The notes below the pieces were generated by a model. It saw only the letters and a program-made list of their open reading frames with translations. It was not told the origin of the DNA and did no database searches. The position numbers and the translations under genes are program-made. A stretch of 64,000 bases of DNA from Candidatus Hydrogenedentota bacterium (GTDB lineage Bacteria > Hydrogenedentota > Hydrogenedentia > Hydrogenedentales > SLHB01), in the NCBI GenBank assembly GCA_045863295.1, contig BTWA01000028.1, forward strand, positions 1 through 64,000. The letters are read 5' to 3'. Positions 1 through 11,362 of this stretch are shown piece after piece; position 1 is the stretch's first letter, and every line of letters begins with the position of its first letter.

Positions 1-1
1 C

Positions 2-91
2 AAGGCGCAGGGCTACCTTTTTGAGGCGCGTAGCAGTTCCGACTCTCGTCTCACGTGTGTCATGACAATCAAGGCCGAATCCTTATTTTAG
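2..91 (+). CDS. 3' end of a CDS truncated by the window edge
   Basis: Open frame KAQGYLFEARSSSDSRLTCVMTIKAESLF ending TAG at 89-91, 30 nt before rlmB. Confidence 0.4.
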   Translation, partial: KAQGYLFEARSSSDSRLTCVMTIKAESLF

Positions 92-121
92 GAACCGGCA
101 GGCACGGAGCAATAAGGACTT

Positions 122-850
122 ATGACAGAGAACGTCATTTTTGGCTGGAACGTTGTTATGGAAGCCCTTCATGCAGGAAACCGGTTGAATCGGCTATTTG
201 TTGCACAAGATTCCAAAGTCCGCCAATTGCCGGTTGTCCTCGAAGCCGCCAAGGCTGCCGGGGTCCAGGTGGAACGGGTGCCCGTGGCCAAGTTGAATCA
301 CTTAACCCAAACCCGGGAACACCAGGGACTTGCGGCCATACTAAGCCCGCTGGCGTACATGGATTTGGCCCAATTTCTTCTGGAGTGTCCTGCCAAAGCT
401 TTGGTCATCGCCCTGGATCACGTTCAAAACCCGCGAAATGTCGGGATGATCATTCGTTCGGCCGCCGCCGCCGGAAGTGATGCGGTATTGCTGTCGGCGA
501 AAGGAGGCGCCGTCATCGATGAACAGGTGCTGAAAGCGAGCGCGGGAGCGGCATTTCGAGTGCCCATCGTGCTTGACAACAATCTTATGAGCGCGCTGGG
601 TGCTTTACGCGAGGCCGACTTCTGGTTGTATGGGCTTGACGCGGAAGGCCGGGACGACGTCTTTGGCGTGAAATGGCCGACTCGGGTAGTGCTTGTGATG
701 GGAAACGAAACGAAAGGGTTGCGGCCAGCTGTTCGGAAAGCCTGTGATGCCTTGGTCCGAATCCCCTTGGCGAACGGGGTGGAGAGCCTCAATGCCGCAG
801 TGGCCGCGGGCATTGCTTTGTATCAGGCACGGACGGTCAAAAACGGCTAA
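122..850 (+). CDS. rlmB: SpoU/TrmH-family rRNA 2'-O-methyltransferase (RlmB-like)
   Basis: N-terminal IFGWNVVMEAL substrate-binding domain, QNPRNVGMIIRSA, GNETKGL, ESLNAAVAAGI SPOUT motifs; AAGGA RBS. Confidence 0.85.
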   Translation: MTENVIFGWNVVMEALHAGNRLNRLFVAQDSKVRQLPVVLEAAKAAGVQVERVPVAKLNHLTQTREHQGLAAILSPLAYMDLAQFLLECPAKALVIALDHVQNPRNVGMIIRSAAAAGSDAVLLSAKGGAVIDEQVLKASAGAAFRVPIVLDNNLMSALGALREADFWLYGLDAEGRDDVFGVKWPTRVVLVMGNETKGLRPAVRKACDALVRIPLANGVESLNAAVAAGIALYQARTVKNG

Positions 851-856
851 TTCGGC

Positions 857-1276
857 CTACCGGCCGCCAAAGTGCCGCTTAAAATAGGTGGCGTCGTCAA
901 TCCGCTGCAAATCAAATTTCGCGAAACGCTCCACATCACGCTTTGAGATAGGTTTGGTGTCGCTTTCGATTGACTCAGGCTCGCCCTGTCCCATGTCCTC
1001 CTCGCCGGAAGAATCTGTTTCCATGGCAAATCCGGAAGGTGGTGAGGAAAAAATGCCCGGATCCAGAAACTGTTCCAAAATCTCGGCAAAATGGCGAGTC
1101 CGCTCTTCCCGGGATCCCTGTTCCAAAATCTGACGATTTACGCCAATCACTTTCTTGCGGAACAGCACGACCAACTCGTGGCAGCTTGGGCAAGACAACA
1201 CCGCTACTACGTCTTTCGGAACTTTCGAAACCACAATGCGAAGATTTCCGCAATGCGGACAGGCGCAAACATTCAT
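857..1276 (-). CDS. hypothetical zinc-ribbon protein
   Basis: CPHC...CPSC pair, acidic linker, GAGG RBS. Confidence 0.75.
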   Translation of the reverse strand: MNVCACPHCGNLRIVVSKVPKDVVAVLSCPSCHELVVLFRKKVIGVNRQILEQGSREERTRHFAEILEQFLDPGIFSSPPSGFAMETDSSGEEDMGQGEPESIESDTKPISKRDVERFAKFDLQRIDDATYFKRHFGGR

Positions 1277-1382
1277 GGCATGCCTCTTCTTCCGTCCTGG
1301 GACTGCGTTTCTACGCGGAAGATATCGAGAATAGACTACAGAATGTAATGAAAAGAGTCAAATTTATGCTGTCGCGAGGCGT

Positions 1383-3305
<1,923 letters not shown>

Positions 3306-3420
3306 AAGTATGGACCGCCCCCTTCCACTGCAATGTGATTCTTAGCCTATACCGATTCAGGCTGCAATTGCGACTTTTTGGGGCCCAATTGAGTCAATCC
3401 GGGGAGGCATTTGTAACGGG

Positions 3421-5691
3421 TCAGTGAACAGACCGGTTTAGCCAATCGGTTACCAGCGCCTGCATCGCTGGATCGAACGAGTTGTAATACTCCGGGGACT
3501 GCAATTCCAACCGATCCTCATACCCAAGCAGCCGAAATACAGTTCGTGCCGCCTCTACAGCCTCCGAAATGTCTGTTGGAACGGTGTCGCGATCCAGTGT
3601 GGGGGCCACCACCAGTACTGGCCGTGGCGCCGCCATCGCAAGAATTACGGGAATGTCGTAGGGAAGGCGGTCTTCCTTGCCGAAAAAAGTGCCAAGCCGT
3701 GGCAGCCACATCCTGTCATGCGACCACCGCCGAGTGCCACCGGTTACTTTTGGATCATCCCGCACAAAAGGTTGCGGAATGCACACGAGGGCGTACGCGG
3801 ACGCACGGTTATCCAGTGCCGCGAAGTGTAACGCCTGCAACGCGCCCGTCCCGTAGCCAAGTACGGTCACACGTTTTGCGTCGATGTACGGTTGCTCCAA
3901 TAGCGCATCCATCGCACACTGGGCGTCCCGAATCATTTTTCCCATAATGGACCACTGGGGATAGTGGCTGTAGAAGCCCTTTAATTCCTCAACACGGCGT
4001 CCTGTACCAACGGGGTCAAAACAGAACACGACATAACCTTGTCTTGCGAAGTTCCGATATACGGGATCGCCCTTTACGTACGAACCGGTATAACCGCGAG
4101 GTGGGTTGTACGGAGGAAACCAGAGAATCGCCGGGAGTTTCGCATCTTCTTTGAATGCGCCTTTGGGCAGGTACATGTCACCGGTAATGTATTCACCGAA
4201 CGAGACGCTTACACACTCGACGTCATCTCCCGGCTTGTCCCGGTTGAGCATCGCGCGAACACCGGCAGGGTCTGTGCCATACGTGCCAAGGGAATTTCGA
4301 ATTCCCGGAGGTGGCGTGCCCAGCATCTCCTGCACTGCGCTTCGAATACGCGCGGTCTCCTCCTCCCAGGAATTGGCGCTGTCGACCGGGTGCCCGTCCG
4401 CAGTTTGCAGGAGGGCAAACGCGTCACGACTCGGATACGTTTCCGGATCGGGCACCTGCGGCACGCCCGCTTTCCAGGCGTTCCAATCGTGTGGATACAG
4501 GAACTCTTCTTCCGCCGGCATGCTACCCCGGCCAAACTGAGCATCGCTCCAATCCAGAAACCGGTCGATGACGGTAGGCCACGTTTCGTGGCCTCCGGAC
4601 CGCCTCAGTATACGCAAATTTTGTGGTGCGCCCAGCAATTCGTAGACAGGCTGCACAGACCAATAGACACGTTCCATGGCCCAGGCGTCCTCGACACCGT
4701 CGTTCAAGGCCATACTCAGTAGACATGGCCTGGGGGCCGACAGTGCGACAAGCGTATGCAGATCCATTGGGAGCTTTTGTTCGCGGCCCACAAAGAATCG
4801 CCAGCGCGGATGAAACCATTCCGGGAAATTCCGGGTGATGAACTCAATGCCTTCACCAATACTTTGTTCGGTCACCAGCCGCGCGGGCATCGTACCGCCG
4901 GCGCCGCTGCTGGAGGAAATGACGGCGGCGATGCGTTCGTCCAGCGCCGATGCAATAAGGGACTGCTTGCCATTGCGGGAATGACCGGTAATGACGATCT
5001 TCGTGGTATCGGCCCTGGTCTCTGATTCGAGATAGTCGATGCATCGGGACCCCGCCCAGGCGCGGCGAGTCAGCCGCGACCAGTCGTAGTCGGGGTAGGA
5101 TGCCAAGAAGGAGTCTGTGTCGTCCCGGCTGTCGGATCCGGCGTACACGCATGCGATGTATCCTCGCCGTGCGGCGATGAGGCCCCATGCCCGATGGTTG
5201 TGCTGCGTGAGAAAAACCGGAAAAGGTCCGTTTCCGTCGGGAATGATGAGTTCCATCCACAGCTTCGCCGAGTGGTCTACTCCAAACTGCAGTTCGACTT
5301 CGCGAACGGTGCACCCTTCACCGCGCATCTCGCTGAGGTTCGTCGACAACAGATTGTCCGGGCGAGGCGGAACCGTTCCGAATATCCAGTGGGAAATGTC
5401 GTTGAGTAGCGTTTCCCGGTGAACTTGCCATTCAGTGACGGTATTGATTACGTACTCCTCGGGCGTGTTTTCATGGGCAAGGAGTGGATTGGGAAGATTG
5501 GGGATGGATGGCATCGCATCGAAATCAGGCGGCAATTCGCCGGACTGTTCCAGCCATTGCGTCCAGGCCGGACTTTCCTGCAAAACACGTTTTAACTGGC
5601 CTAGCGTCGATTCACGGCGAGTCGCTTCGTCCGCCCACACCGATGCCGCCAACAAGTAAACGCAGAAGACCCTTGCCAGCCTCATAGACAT
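3421..5691 (-). CDS. secreted tandem alpha/beta hydrolase; N-terminal CE15 (glucuronoyl esterase-like) domain
   Basis: Signal peptide; TGHSRNGK CE15-type nucleophile motif, ALDERI, SGAGG, APRP; second alpha/beta domain follows. Confidence 0.75.
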   Translation of the reverse strand: MSMRLARVFCVYLLAASVWADEATRRESTLGQLKRVLQESPAWTQWLEQSGELPPDFDAMPSIPNLPNPLLAHENTPEEYVINTVTEWQVHRETLLNDISHWIFGTVPPRPDNLLSTNLSEMRGEGCTVREVELQFGVDHSAKLWMELIIPDGNGPFPVFLTQHNHRAWGLIAARRGYIACVYAGSDSRDDTDSFLASYPDYDWSRLTRRAWAGSRCIDYLESETRADTTKIVITGHSRNGKQSLIASALDERIAAVISSSSGAGGTMPARLVTEQSIGEGIEFITRNFPEWFHPRWRFFVGREQKLPMDLHTLVALSAPRPCLLSMALNDGVEDAWAMERVYWSVQPVYELLGAPQNLRILRRSGGHETWPTVIDRFLDWSDAQFGRGSMPAEEEFLYPHDWNAWKAGVPQVPDPETYPSRDAFALLQTADGHPVDSANSWEEETARIRSAVQEMLGTPPPGIRNSLGTYGTDPAGVRAMLNRDKPGDDVECVSVSFGEYITGDMYLPKGAFKEDAKLPAILWFPPYNPPRGYTGSYVKGDPVYRNFARQGYVVFCFDPVGTGRRVEELKGFYSHYPQWSIMGKMIRDAQCAMDALLEQPYIDAKRVTVLGYGTGALQALHFAALDNRASAYALVCIPQPFVRDDPKVTGGTRRWSHDRMWLPRLGTFFGKEDRLPYDIPVILAMAAPRPVLVVAPTLDRDTVPTDISEAVEAARTVFRLLGYEDRLELQSPEYYNSFDPAMQALVTDWLNRSVH

Positions 5692-5748
5692 AATCCAAAT
5701 CCACCTGACTGATTGGCAATATCCCTACACCGCACTTACTGGCACAAC

Positions 5749-6291
5749 TCAATTCGGCAAATCAGGCGCAGCAGGGAAATCGCTGGGGGTATCCATTATG
5801 TGATTGAAATAATTGGTGAAAATATTGAGACAGACTACACTGACGATTTCCACGAGTTCCTGATCGGTTACGCCCGCGGCCCGTAACGCATTCACGTCGT
5901 CGTCGCTCACATGACCAAGCGTATCGAGCATCCGTTGTGCAAAGCGGAGTACGGCATCGGACTTTTCGTCGATGCCTTGTCCCATTCGACTCTGAATGGT
6001 TTGCGCCTCGGTAAGGCCCGCTTTCATGGCGCCGGCTGTGTGCGCGGCCAGACAATACGTGCATTCGTTTTCTTCGGCGAGCAGGAGCGCAATTTGTTCT
6101 CGCAATTTCACGGGCAGCGAGGTGCGGCCCATTGCGCCGCTGAGCGCGAGAAAGCCCTCGAGCACGGCAGGAGAATTGGCCATGCATTTGTACATGCCGT
6201 AGACCTTGCCTGCTCGCTGCTGAAGGCCTTCCATAATCTCCCGGGCCTTGCCTTGTGCCTGTTCCGTATTCACCAATTGTACTCGGGGCAT
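5749..6291 (-). CDS. AhpD/carboxymuconolactone decarboxylase-family peroxidase-like protein
   Basis: REQIALL..ENECTYCLAAH motif; FTNYFNH C-terminus. Confidence 0.85.
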   Translation of the reverse strand: MPRVQLVNTEQAQGKAREIMEGLQQRAGKVYGMYKCMANSPAVLEGFLALSGAMGRTSLPVKLREQIALLLAEENECTYCLAAHTAGAMKAGLTEAQTIQSRMGQGIDEKSDAVLRFAQRMLDTLGHVSDDDVNALRAAGVTDQELVEIVSVVCLNIFTNYFNHIMDTPSDFPAAPDLPN

Positions 6292-6430
6292 CTTAATATC
6301 TCCTGAATACTGGGCAACTCGGATGCCGGTTTATCCGATGGCATGGTAGCAGCCATGAAACGGCGAATTCGACACACACGGCCCCGGCGCCAATCCAATC
6401 TACCAGGCGACGGAGCCTGCGAGGTCCGGA

Positions 6431-7990
6431 CTAGTGTGTCCATCCCGACGACAGCAACGTTCGGTCCCGAAAAAGCGCGACGTCCATCAGAGGTATGTCA
6501 TCAGGGACAATAGGCCGAAACTCCATCTGGTCGAGGATATCCCGTTGGAGATCAATGCCGGGCGCGATTTCGGAAAGCAGTAGTCCTTCTGGCACGAGAT
6601 GGAAAACGCATCGCTCGGTAACGAACATCGCATCCTGCTTGAGACGACGAGCCCGGTTGCCGCTATAGGTGATCTGATCGACCTTCTGGACAAATTTGGC
6701 GGCCTTGCCTTCGGATTCAATGGTCAGTTTTCCATCTCCAACGGACGCCTTCAGGCCGCCCGCTCTGAACTCGCCGCAGAAGATACATTGCTTTGCATTT
6801 TGAGTCAGGTCGATGAACCCGCCACAGCCGATGACTTTGTTGCCCAGCCTGCTGACGTTGACATTGCCTTCGCGATCGACTTGAGCCAGACCCACGCACG
6901 TGACGTCCAACCCTCCGCCATCGTAGAAGTCGAACATTGCGGGTTGTGACACAAATGCCCGCGGGTTACGCGCTGGTCCGAAATTCTTGCCGGTGTCGGG
7001 CTGGCCACCAATAACGCCGAACTCGGTATTAAGGGTTATGTCTTCGAGGATACCTTCCTCAAAGGCCACGGCAGAAACGCCTTGGGGAATTCCCACTCCC
7101 AGATTGACGGTCATTCCAGCGGCCAGTTCGCGCGCAGCTCGGCTGCAAATAACCTTTTCGATAGTCAACGACATAGGCTGGACGACCGAGGAGAGTGGCA
7201 CGGTAGTTTCGCCGGTGAAAGACGGATCGAACTCGACGAAAAGTGAGTGTGGATGCACCTTGCGTGATGGCGCGACCACAATGTAGTCGACCAGCATGCC
7301 GGGAATACGCACCATATGTGGGTTGGCCGCCGACGCGGATAGCTGTTCGACTTGGACGATTACAGTACCGCCGCAGTTCTTCACGGCGAGCGCCAACTCG
7401 AAGGCATCCATCAGCAACGGTTCGTTCTCGCAAGTAATATTTCCCTGGGGATCAGCGGTCGTACCCCGCACAATGCCCACATTCAATGGAATCGACTTGT
7501 AGAACAAATACTCCTCGCCATTTAATTGAACAAGCTGAACCAAATCGTTGGCGGCTTTTGTGCGACGATTGGTTTTGCCGCCGTCGATACGAGGGTCGAC
7601 AAACGTCTCCAACCCAACGGTGGTCACCAGACCAGGCCGCTTGGCCGCTATCTCGCGATAGAGTTGGGCCAACGTACCCTGCGGAAAATTGTAACACTCG
7701 ACGGCGTCTTCGGCGACCATCTTGACCAACAGGTGATTGACTCCGATATGGCCCGCGATTATTCGCGAGACCATGCCGGGCACGGCAAAATGATTCATCC
7801 CCTTTACATCTGCGCTAAATGGCCCTAAACCCGCTGTAAATAGAATGGTGAGATTATTGGGGCGTCCGGTCGACTCAAAAGCACGCCGGAATGCTGGAAA
7901 GACTTCCTCGGTTGGCACGGGATTAACCGCAACCGTTGCATTGTCGGGCACACGGCGAATGGCCTCATCGGCGGTCACTACGGCAGGCAT
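6431..7990 (-). CDS. fused family I acyl-CoA:acetate CoA-transferase (YdiF/Pct-like)
   Basis: PQGTLAQL, VGLETFVDPR, NLGVGIP, catalytic NTEFG, FYDGGGLD, GCGGFID, VTERCVF. Confidence 0.9.
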   Translation of the reverse strand: MPAVVTADEAIRRVPDNATVAVNPVPTEEVFPAFRRAFESTGRPNNLTILFTAGLGPFSADVKGMNHFAVPGMVSRIIAGHIGVNHLLVKMVAEDAVECYNFPQGTLAQLYREIAAKRPGLVTTVGLETFVDPRIDGGKTNRRTKAANDLVQLVQLNGEEYLFYKSIPLNVGIVRGTTADPQGNITCENEPLLMDAFELALAVKNCGGTVIVQVEQLSASAANPHMVRIPGMLVDYIVVAPSRKVHPHSLFVEFDPSFTGETTVPLSSVVQPMSLTIEKVICSRAARELAAGMTVNLGVGIPQGVSAVAFEEGILEDITLNTEFGVIGGQPDTGKNFGPARNPRAFVSQPAMFDFYDGGGLDVTCVGLAQVDREGNVNVSRLGNKVIGCGGFIDLTQNAKQCIFCGEFRAGGLKASVGDGKLTIESEGKAAKFVQKVDQITYSGNRARRLKQDAMFVTERCVFHLVPEGLLLSEIAPGIDLQRDILDQMEFRPIVPDDIPLMDVALFRDRTLLSSGWTH

Positions 7991-8073
7991 GAATGGATTC
8001 CCCCACGGTTCCAAATACCAAGTCCCCCCACGGGAATTGTACCAGCTATTACCGCGTATTGCGGTGACAGCGC

Positions 8074-8117
8074 AAAAAAAGGACGCCCCCGAATGGTAAT
8101 GGCCATTGGGGGGCGTC
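8074..8117 (-). terminator. intrinsic terminator after DAHP synthase
   Basis: GACGCCCCC/GGGGGCGTC stem with A7 tract on + strand (U-tract on minus). Confidence 0.8.
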
Positions 8118-8142
8118 TAGAAATTTACAGAATCTCAAGCGG

Positions 8143-9216
8143 TTATTGGGTAACGGCTGTCCTCTTGTGTATGACCTCCAGCCGATCATAGGCATTGAGC
8201 AACAGGCTTTCCGTTTCTTCCCAGCCAATGCAGGGATCAGTAATCGAGATGCCGTACTCCAATTGGGACGGATCGTCGCCCAGTTTCTGGTTACCTTCCT
8301 TGATATTACTTTCGAGCATCAGGCCGAGGATATTCTCATTGCCGGCAACGCGTTGGTCGATAACCGCCTGCCATACAACGGCCTGTTGGCGGAAATCCTT
8401 GTTGGAGTTTGCATGGCTGCAGTCAACCATGATTCTGGGATTGAGGCCGCGCTTCGTGAGCAGGGAGAAGGACTCGTCCAGGCTGGCCGGATCGTAATTG
8501 GTGCCAGAGCGCCCGCCACGCAGAATCAAATGTCCGTATGGATTGCCCTTGGTATTCACCACGCACGTTTGCCCGTCGGAATCGATGCCGAGAAAAGCAT
8601 GGGAGTGTTCGGCGGCTTCCATGGCATCCACCGCGATTTGAAGATTCCCATCCGTCCCATTCTTGAATCCAACAGGCATGGACAACCCACTGGCCATCTG
8701 CCGATGAGTCTGGGATTCGGTGGTTCGTGCGCCAAGCGAGGCCCACGTGACTAGATCGGCCGTATATTGGGGCGTGATGGGGTCCAGCATTTCGGTGGCC
8801 GCAGGCATGCCCATTTCATTAACTTTCATCAGAATGGAGCGGCCTTTACGCAAGCCCGTATCGATATCGAACGTACCGTTGAGGAACGGGTCATTTGTCA
8901 GGCCTTTCCAACCGACCGTGGTGCGGGGCTTTTCAAAATAGACTCGCATCACCAGACATATGCGGTCGTTGACACGTTTGGCCAAATCGACGAGCCGCGC
9001 GGCATAGTCCAAAGCCGCCACTTCGTCGTGAATGCTGCAAGGACCGACCACGACCAGAAATCGTGGATCTTCACCCTTGATAATATGCTGCAGCGCGATG
9101 CGCCCTTTCACCACGGTCATGCAGGCTTTCTCGGAGATGGGGAGGAATTCCTTAAGTTCCCGCGGTGAAATCAGGGGAACAATACTGCGTATATTAATGT
9201 CCTGGGTCTTTTCCAT
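8143..9216 (-). CDS. 3-deoxy-7-phosphoheptulonate (DAHP) synthase, class I alpha (AroF/G/H family)
   Basis: GPCSIHD, RVYFEKPRTTVGWKG, GARTTESQTHR, DCSHANS, SITDPC. Confidence 0.95.
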   Translation of the reverse strand: MEKTQDINIRSIVPLISPRELKEFLPISEKACMTVVKGRIALQHIIKGEDPRFLVVVGPCSIHDEVAALDYAARLVDLAKRVNDRICLVMRVYFEKPRTTVGWKGLTNDPFLNGTFDIDTGLRKGRSILMKVNEMGMPAATEMLDPITPQYTADLVTWASLGARTTESQTHRQMASGLSMPVGFKNGTDGNLQIAVDAMEAAEHSHAFLGIDSDGQTCVVNTKGNPYGHLILRGGRSGTNYDPASLDESFSLLTKRGLNPRIMVDCSHANSNKDFRQQAVVWQAVIDQRVAGNENILGLMLESNIKEGNQKLGDDPSQLEYGISITDPCIGWEETESLLLNAYDRLEVIHKRTAVTQ

Positions 9217-9425
9217 GATCACTTCCGTTGGTTCAGCGCACTGGATTGTGTGCCCATAACCCGCCTAAAATGACGGTTTCGGGGGCCAAACCGGCTTTCC
9301 CCATTATGGCAGAGAACGGCCGGATCGTTCAATCCCGGCGTGGCTTATACCGGTTCTTTCCCGTATTAAATGCCATGCATACGGGTCGTCCTGATGGGGT
9401 GAATCAACGTAGGAGAATTCGCTGT

Positions 9426-10109
9426 ATGGTGTCGAAATTGACCGCAGAAATCGAGCAAAAGCTGTTAAGCGTGGACAGCCCGACCGTCTCGAACGCAATA
9501 GAAAAATTCAATGTTCGTAGCCGCTGGTCCGGGTATATGGGGCCACAGATTCAATGCCGCTTCCCGAAGATGGGGGCCGTCGTGGGCTATGCCACGACGT
9601 GCACCATTATCGACTACGACGAATTGAATCCTCCGGACGCCAGGGAACGCGTCAAGTGGATTGAATCCATCTACAATATGCCAAAACCCTGTGTGTGTGT
9701 GGTCAAGGACATGACAAGCCGCAAGGGGTGGGCCTCGCATTGGGGCGAAATCATGGGTACCCAAATCCAGGTGCTTGGCGCGAAGGCAATTATCACGGAT
9801 GGGGCGGTACGCGACCTGGAGGCCCTGGAAAAAATGGGCATGAAAGTATGGAGCGAACACGTAGTTGTGTCGCACGGGTGGATCGACTGTGGCAAGGCGG
9901 ATATTCCGGTGGACGTGGGCGGGCTGCTTGTCAATCCAGGGGATATCCTGCATGCGGACGTTAACGGTGTCGTGTCCATACCCCACGAGTTGCTGGACAA
10001 GTTACCTGCGGCTATCGATGAAGTATTGGAGAATGAGCGGGTAATTCTGAAGAATTTCAGGGAAAAGGGATTTGATCTGGAGGCGTTTCGCAAGCAAGTG
10101 GAACACTAA
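9426..10109 (+). CDS. RraA/HMG-aldolase family protein
   Basis: PTVSNAIE, WGEIM, TDGAVRD, PGDILHADVNGV; AGGAG RBS before 9426. Confidence 0.85.
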   Translation: MVSKLTAEIEQKLLSVDSPTVSNAIEKFNVRSRWSGYMGPQIQCRFPKMGAVVGYATTCTIIDYDELNPPDARERVKWIESIYNMPKPCVCVVKDMTSRKGWASHWGEIMGTQIQVLGAKAIITDGAVRDLEALEKMGMKVWSEHVVVSHGWIDCGKADIPVDVGGLLVNPGDILHADVNGVVSIPHELLDKLPAAIDEVLENERVILKNFREKGFDLEAFRKQVEH

Positions 10110-10228
10110 AATCGAACCTATAGCGATTTACGTTTTCACGTAGCCGCAGAATATGCCGTGAGGTACTGCACTTAATCGCGAATCGCTTACATTCACGGCT
10201 ATAGGTTTTCTTAAATTGCTCTAAGACA

Positions 10229-10270
10229 AAATCCGGGACTGCCGTCCAATCAGCCGTCCCGGATTTCTTT
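10229..10270. terminator. probable bidirectional terminator between convergent genes
   Basis: AAATCCGGGAC/GTCCCGGATTT 11-bp stem with A/T-rich flanks. Confidence 0.7.
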
Positions 10271-10283
10271 TACTCGATTAGAC

Positions 10284-11351
10284 TTATCGAAACGTATCCA
10301 TGATTTCTTTCAATACGCTGTCGGATGGGCGAATCAATCCGTCGTTCAAATGCACCAGCGGCGTGTCGATCAAATTGATTTGATCGTGAATTGTCGGCAC
10401 TTGCGCGTCGTAATACATAAGCCCGGTGTAGAAAAGCCCCTCGAGGTGGACTCGCTCCAACATGTCGAGCGCCTGACGCTGATCGGTCGGATCGTATTCG
10501 TGATTGAGCTTCTTGAGCGTAATTGTGGAGCCGTCGTGCATCTTCACAACCTGCATGGTGCCCTCGTCGTATTCCACTTCGATGTTCTCGTAACGGGGAA
10601 TGAAATCGATGTCGTGAAGCGGATCCTCGAACTTTCGCGCATAGGCGCGGCTCTTGGTGGAACCCTCATGATCGTTGAACGTGACACAGGGTGATATGAT
10701 GTCGATCACGGCCGATCCCTGATGGGCGATAGCCCCCTTGATCAACGCCCGCACCTGTTTCGCGTCGCCAGAGAATGAACGGGCCACGTAGCCGCATCCC
10801 ATTTGAATGGCGAGGGCACATAGATCGATCGCTTCCTGGTCGATGGCACGGCCACCGCGCATGAGCGAACCCTTGTCGGCCGTTGCCGAAGCCTGTCCTT
10901 TAGTCAACCCGTAACAACCGTTATTTTCGACAATGTAAATGATGGGCACGTTCCGGCGAATCATGTGGCAGAAATTGCCCAGTCCGATCGACGCCGTGTC
11001 ACCGTCGCCACTGACGCCGATATTCAGCAACGTGCGGTTCGCAACCGACACTCCCGTAGCAATTGTCGACATGCGGCCATGGACCGAGTTGAACCCGTGC
11101 GAACCATTGAAGAAGTAGTTCGTTGTCTTGCTGGAGCAGCCAATGCCGCTGAGTTTGGCGATGCGGTATTGCTCGACATCGAGGTCGTAAAATGACTTCA
11201 TGATGGAGGCGGAAATGGCATCATGGCCACACCCTTTGCAGAGCGTGGATTCGGCACCTTTGTAGTCATCGAGCATCAAGCCGAGGCGATTCGTTTTCTT
11301 GCCTTTGCCGGCTTCGGTATCCGTTTCTGTGGTCGAGAGGACGCTTTCCAT
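10284..11351 (-). CDS. 2-oxoacid:ferredoxin oxidoreductase beta subunit
   Basis: CKGCGH, SGIGCSS, HGR, GDGD..NN TPP motif, SPCVTFN. Confidence 0.95.
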   Translation of the reverse strand: MESVLSTTETDTEAGKGKKTNRLGLMLDDYKGAESTLCKGCGHDAISASIMKSFYDLDVEQYRIAKLSGIGCSSKTTNYFFNGSHGFNSVHGRMSTIATGVSVANRTLLNIGVSGDGDTASIGLGNFCHMIRRNVPIIYIVENNGCYGLTKGQASATADKGSLMRGGRAIDQEAIDLCALAIQMGCGYVARSFSGDAKQVRALIKGAIAHQGSAVIDIISPCVTFNDHEGSTKSRAYARKFEDPLHDIDFIPRYENIEVEYDEGTMQVVKMHDGSTITLKKLNHEYDPTDQRQALDMLERVHLEGLFYTGLMYYDAQVPTIHDQINLIDTPLVHLNDGLIRPSDSVLKEIMDTFR

Positions 11352-11362
11352 GCACGCCTTCC

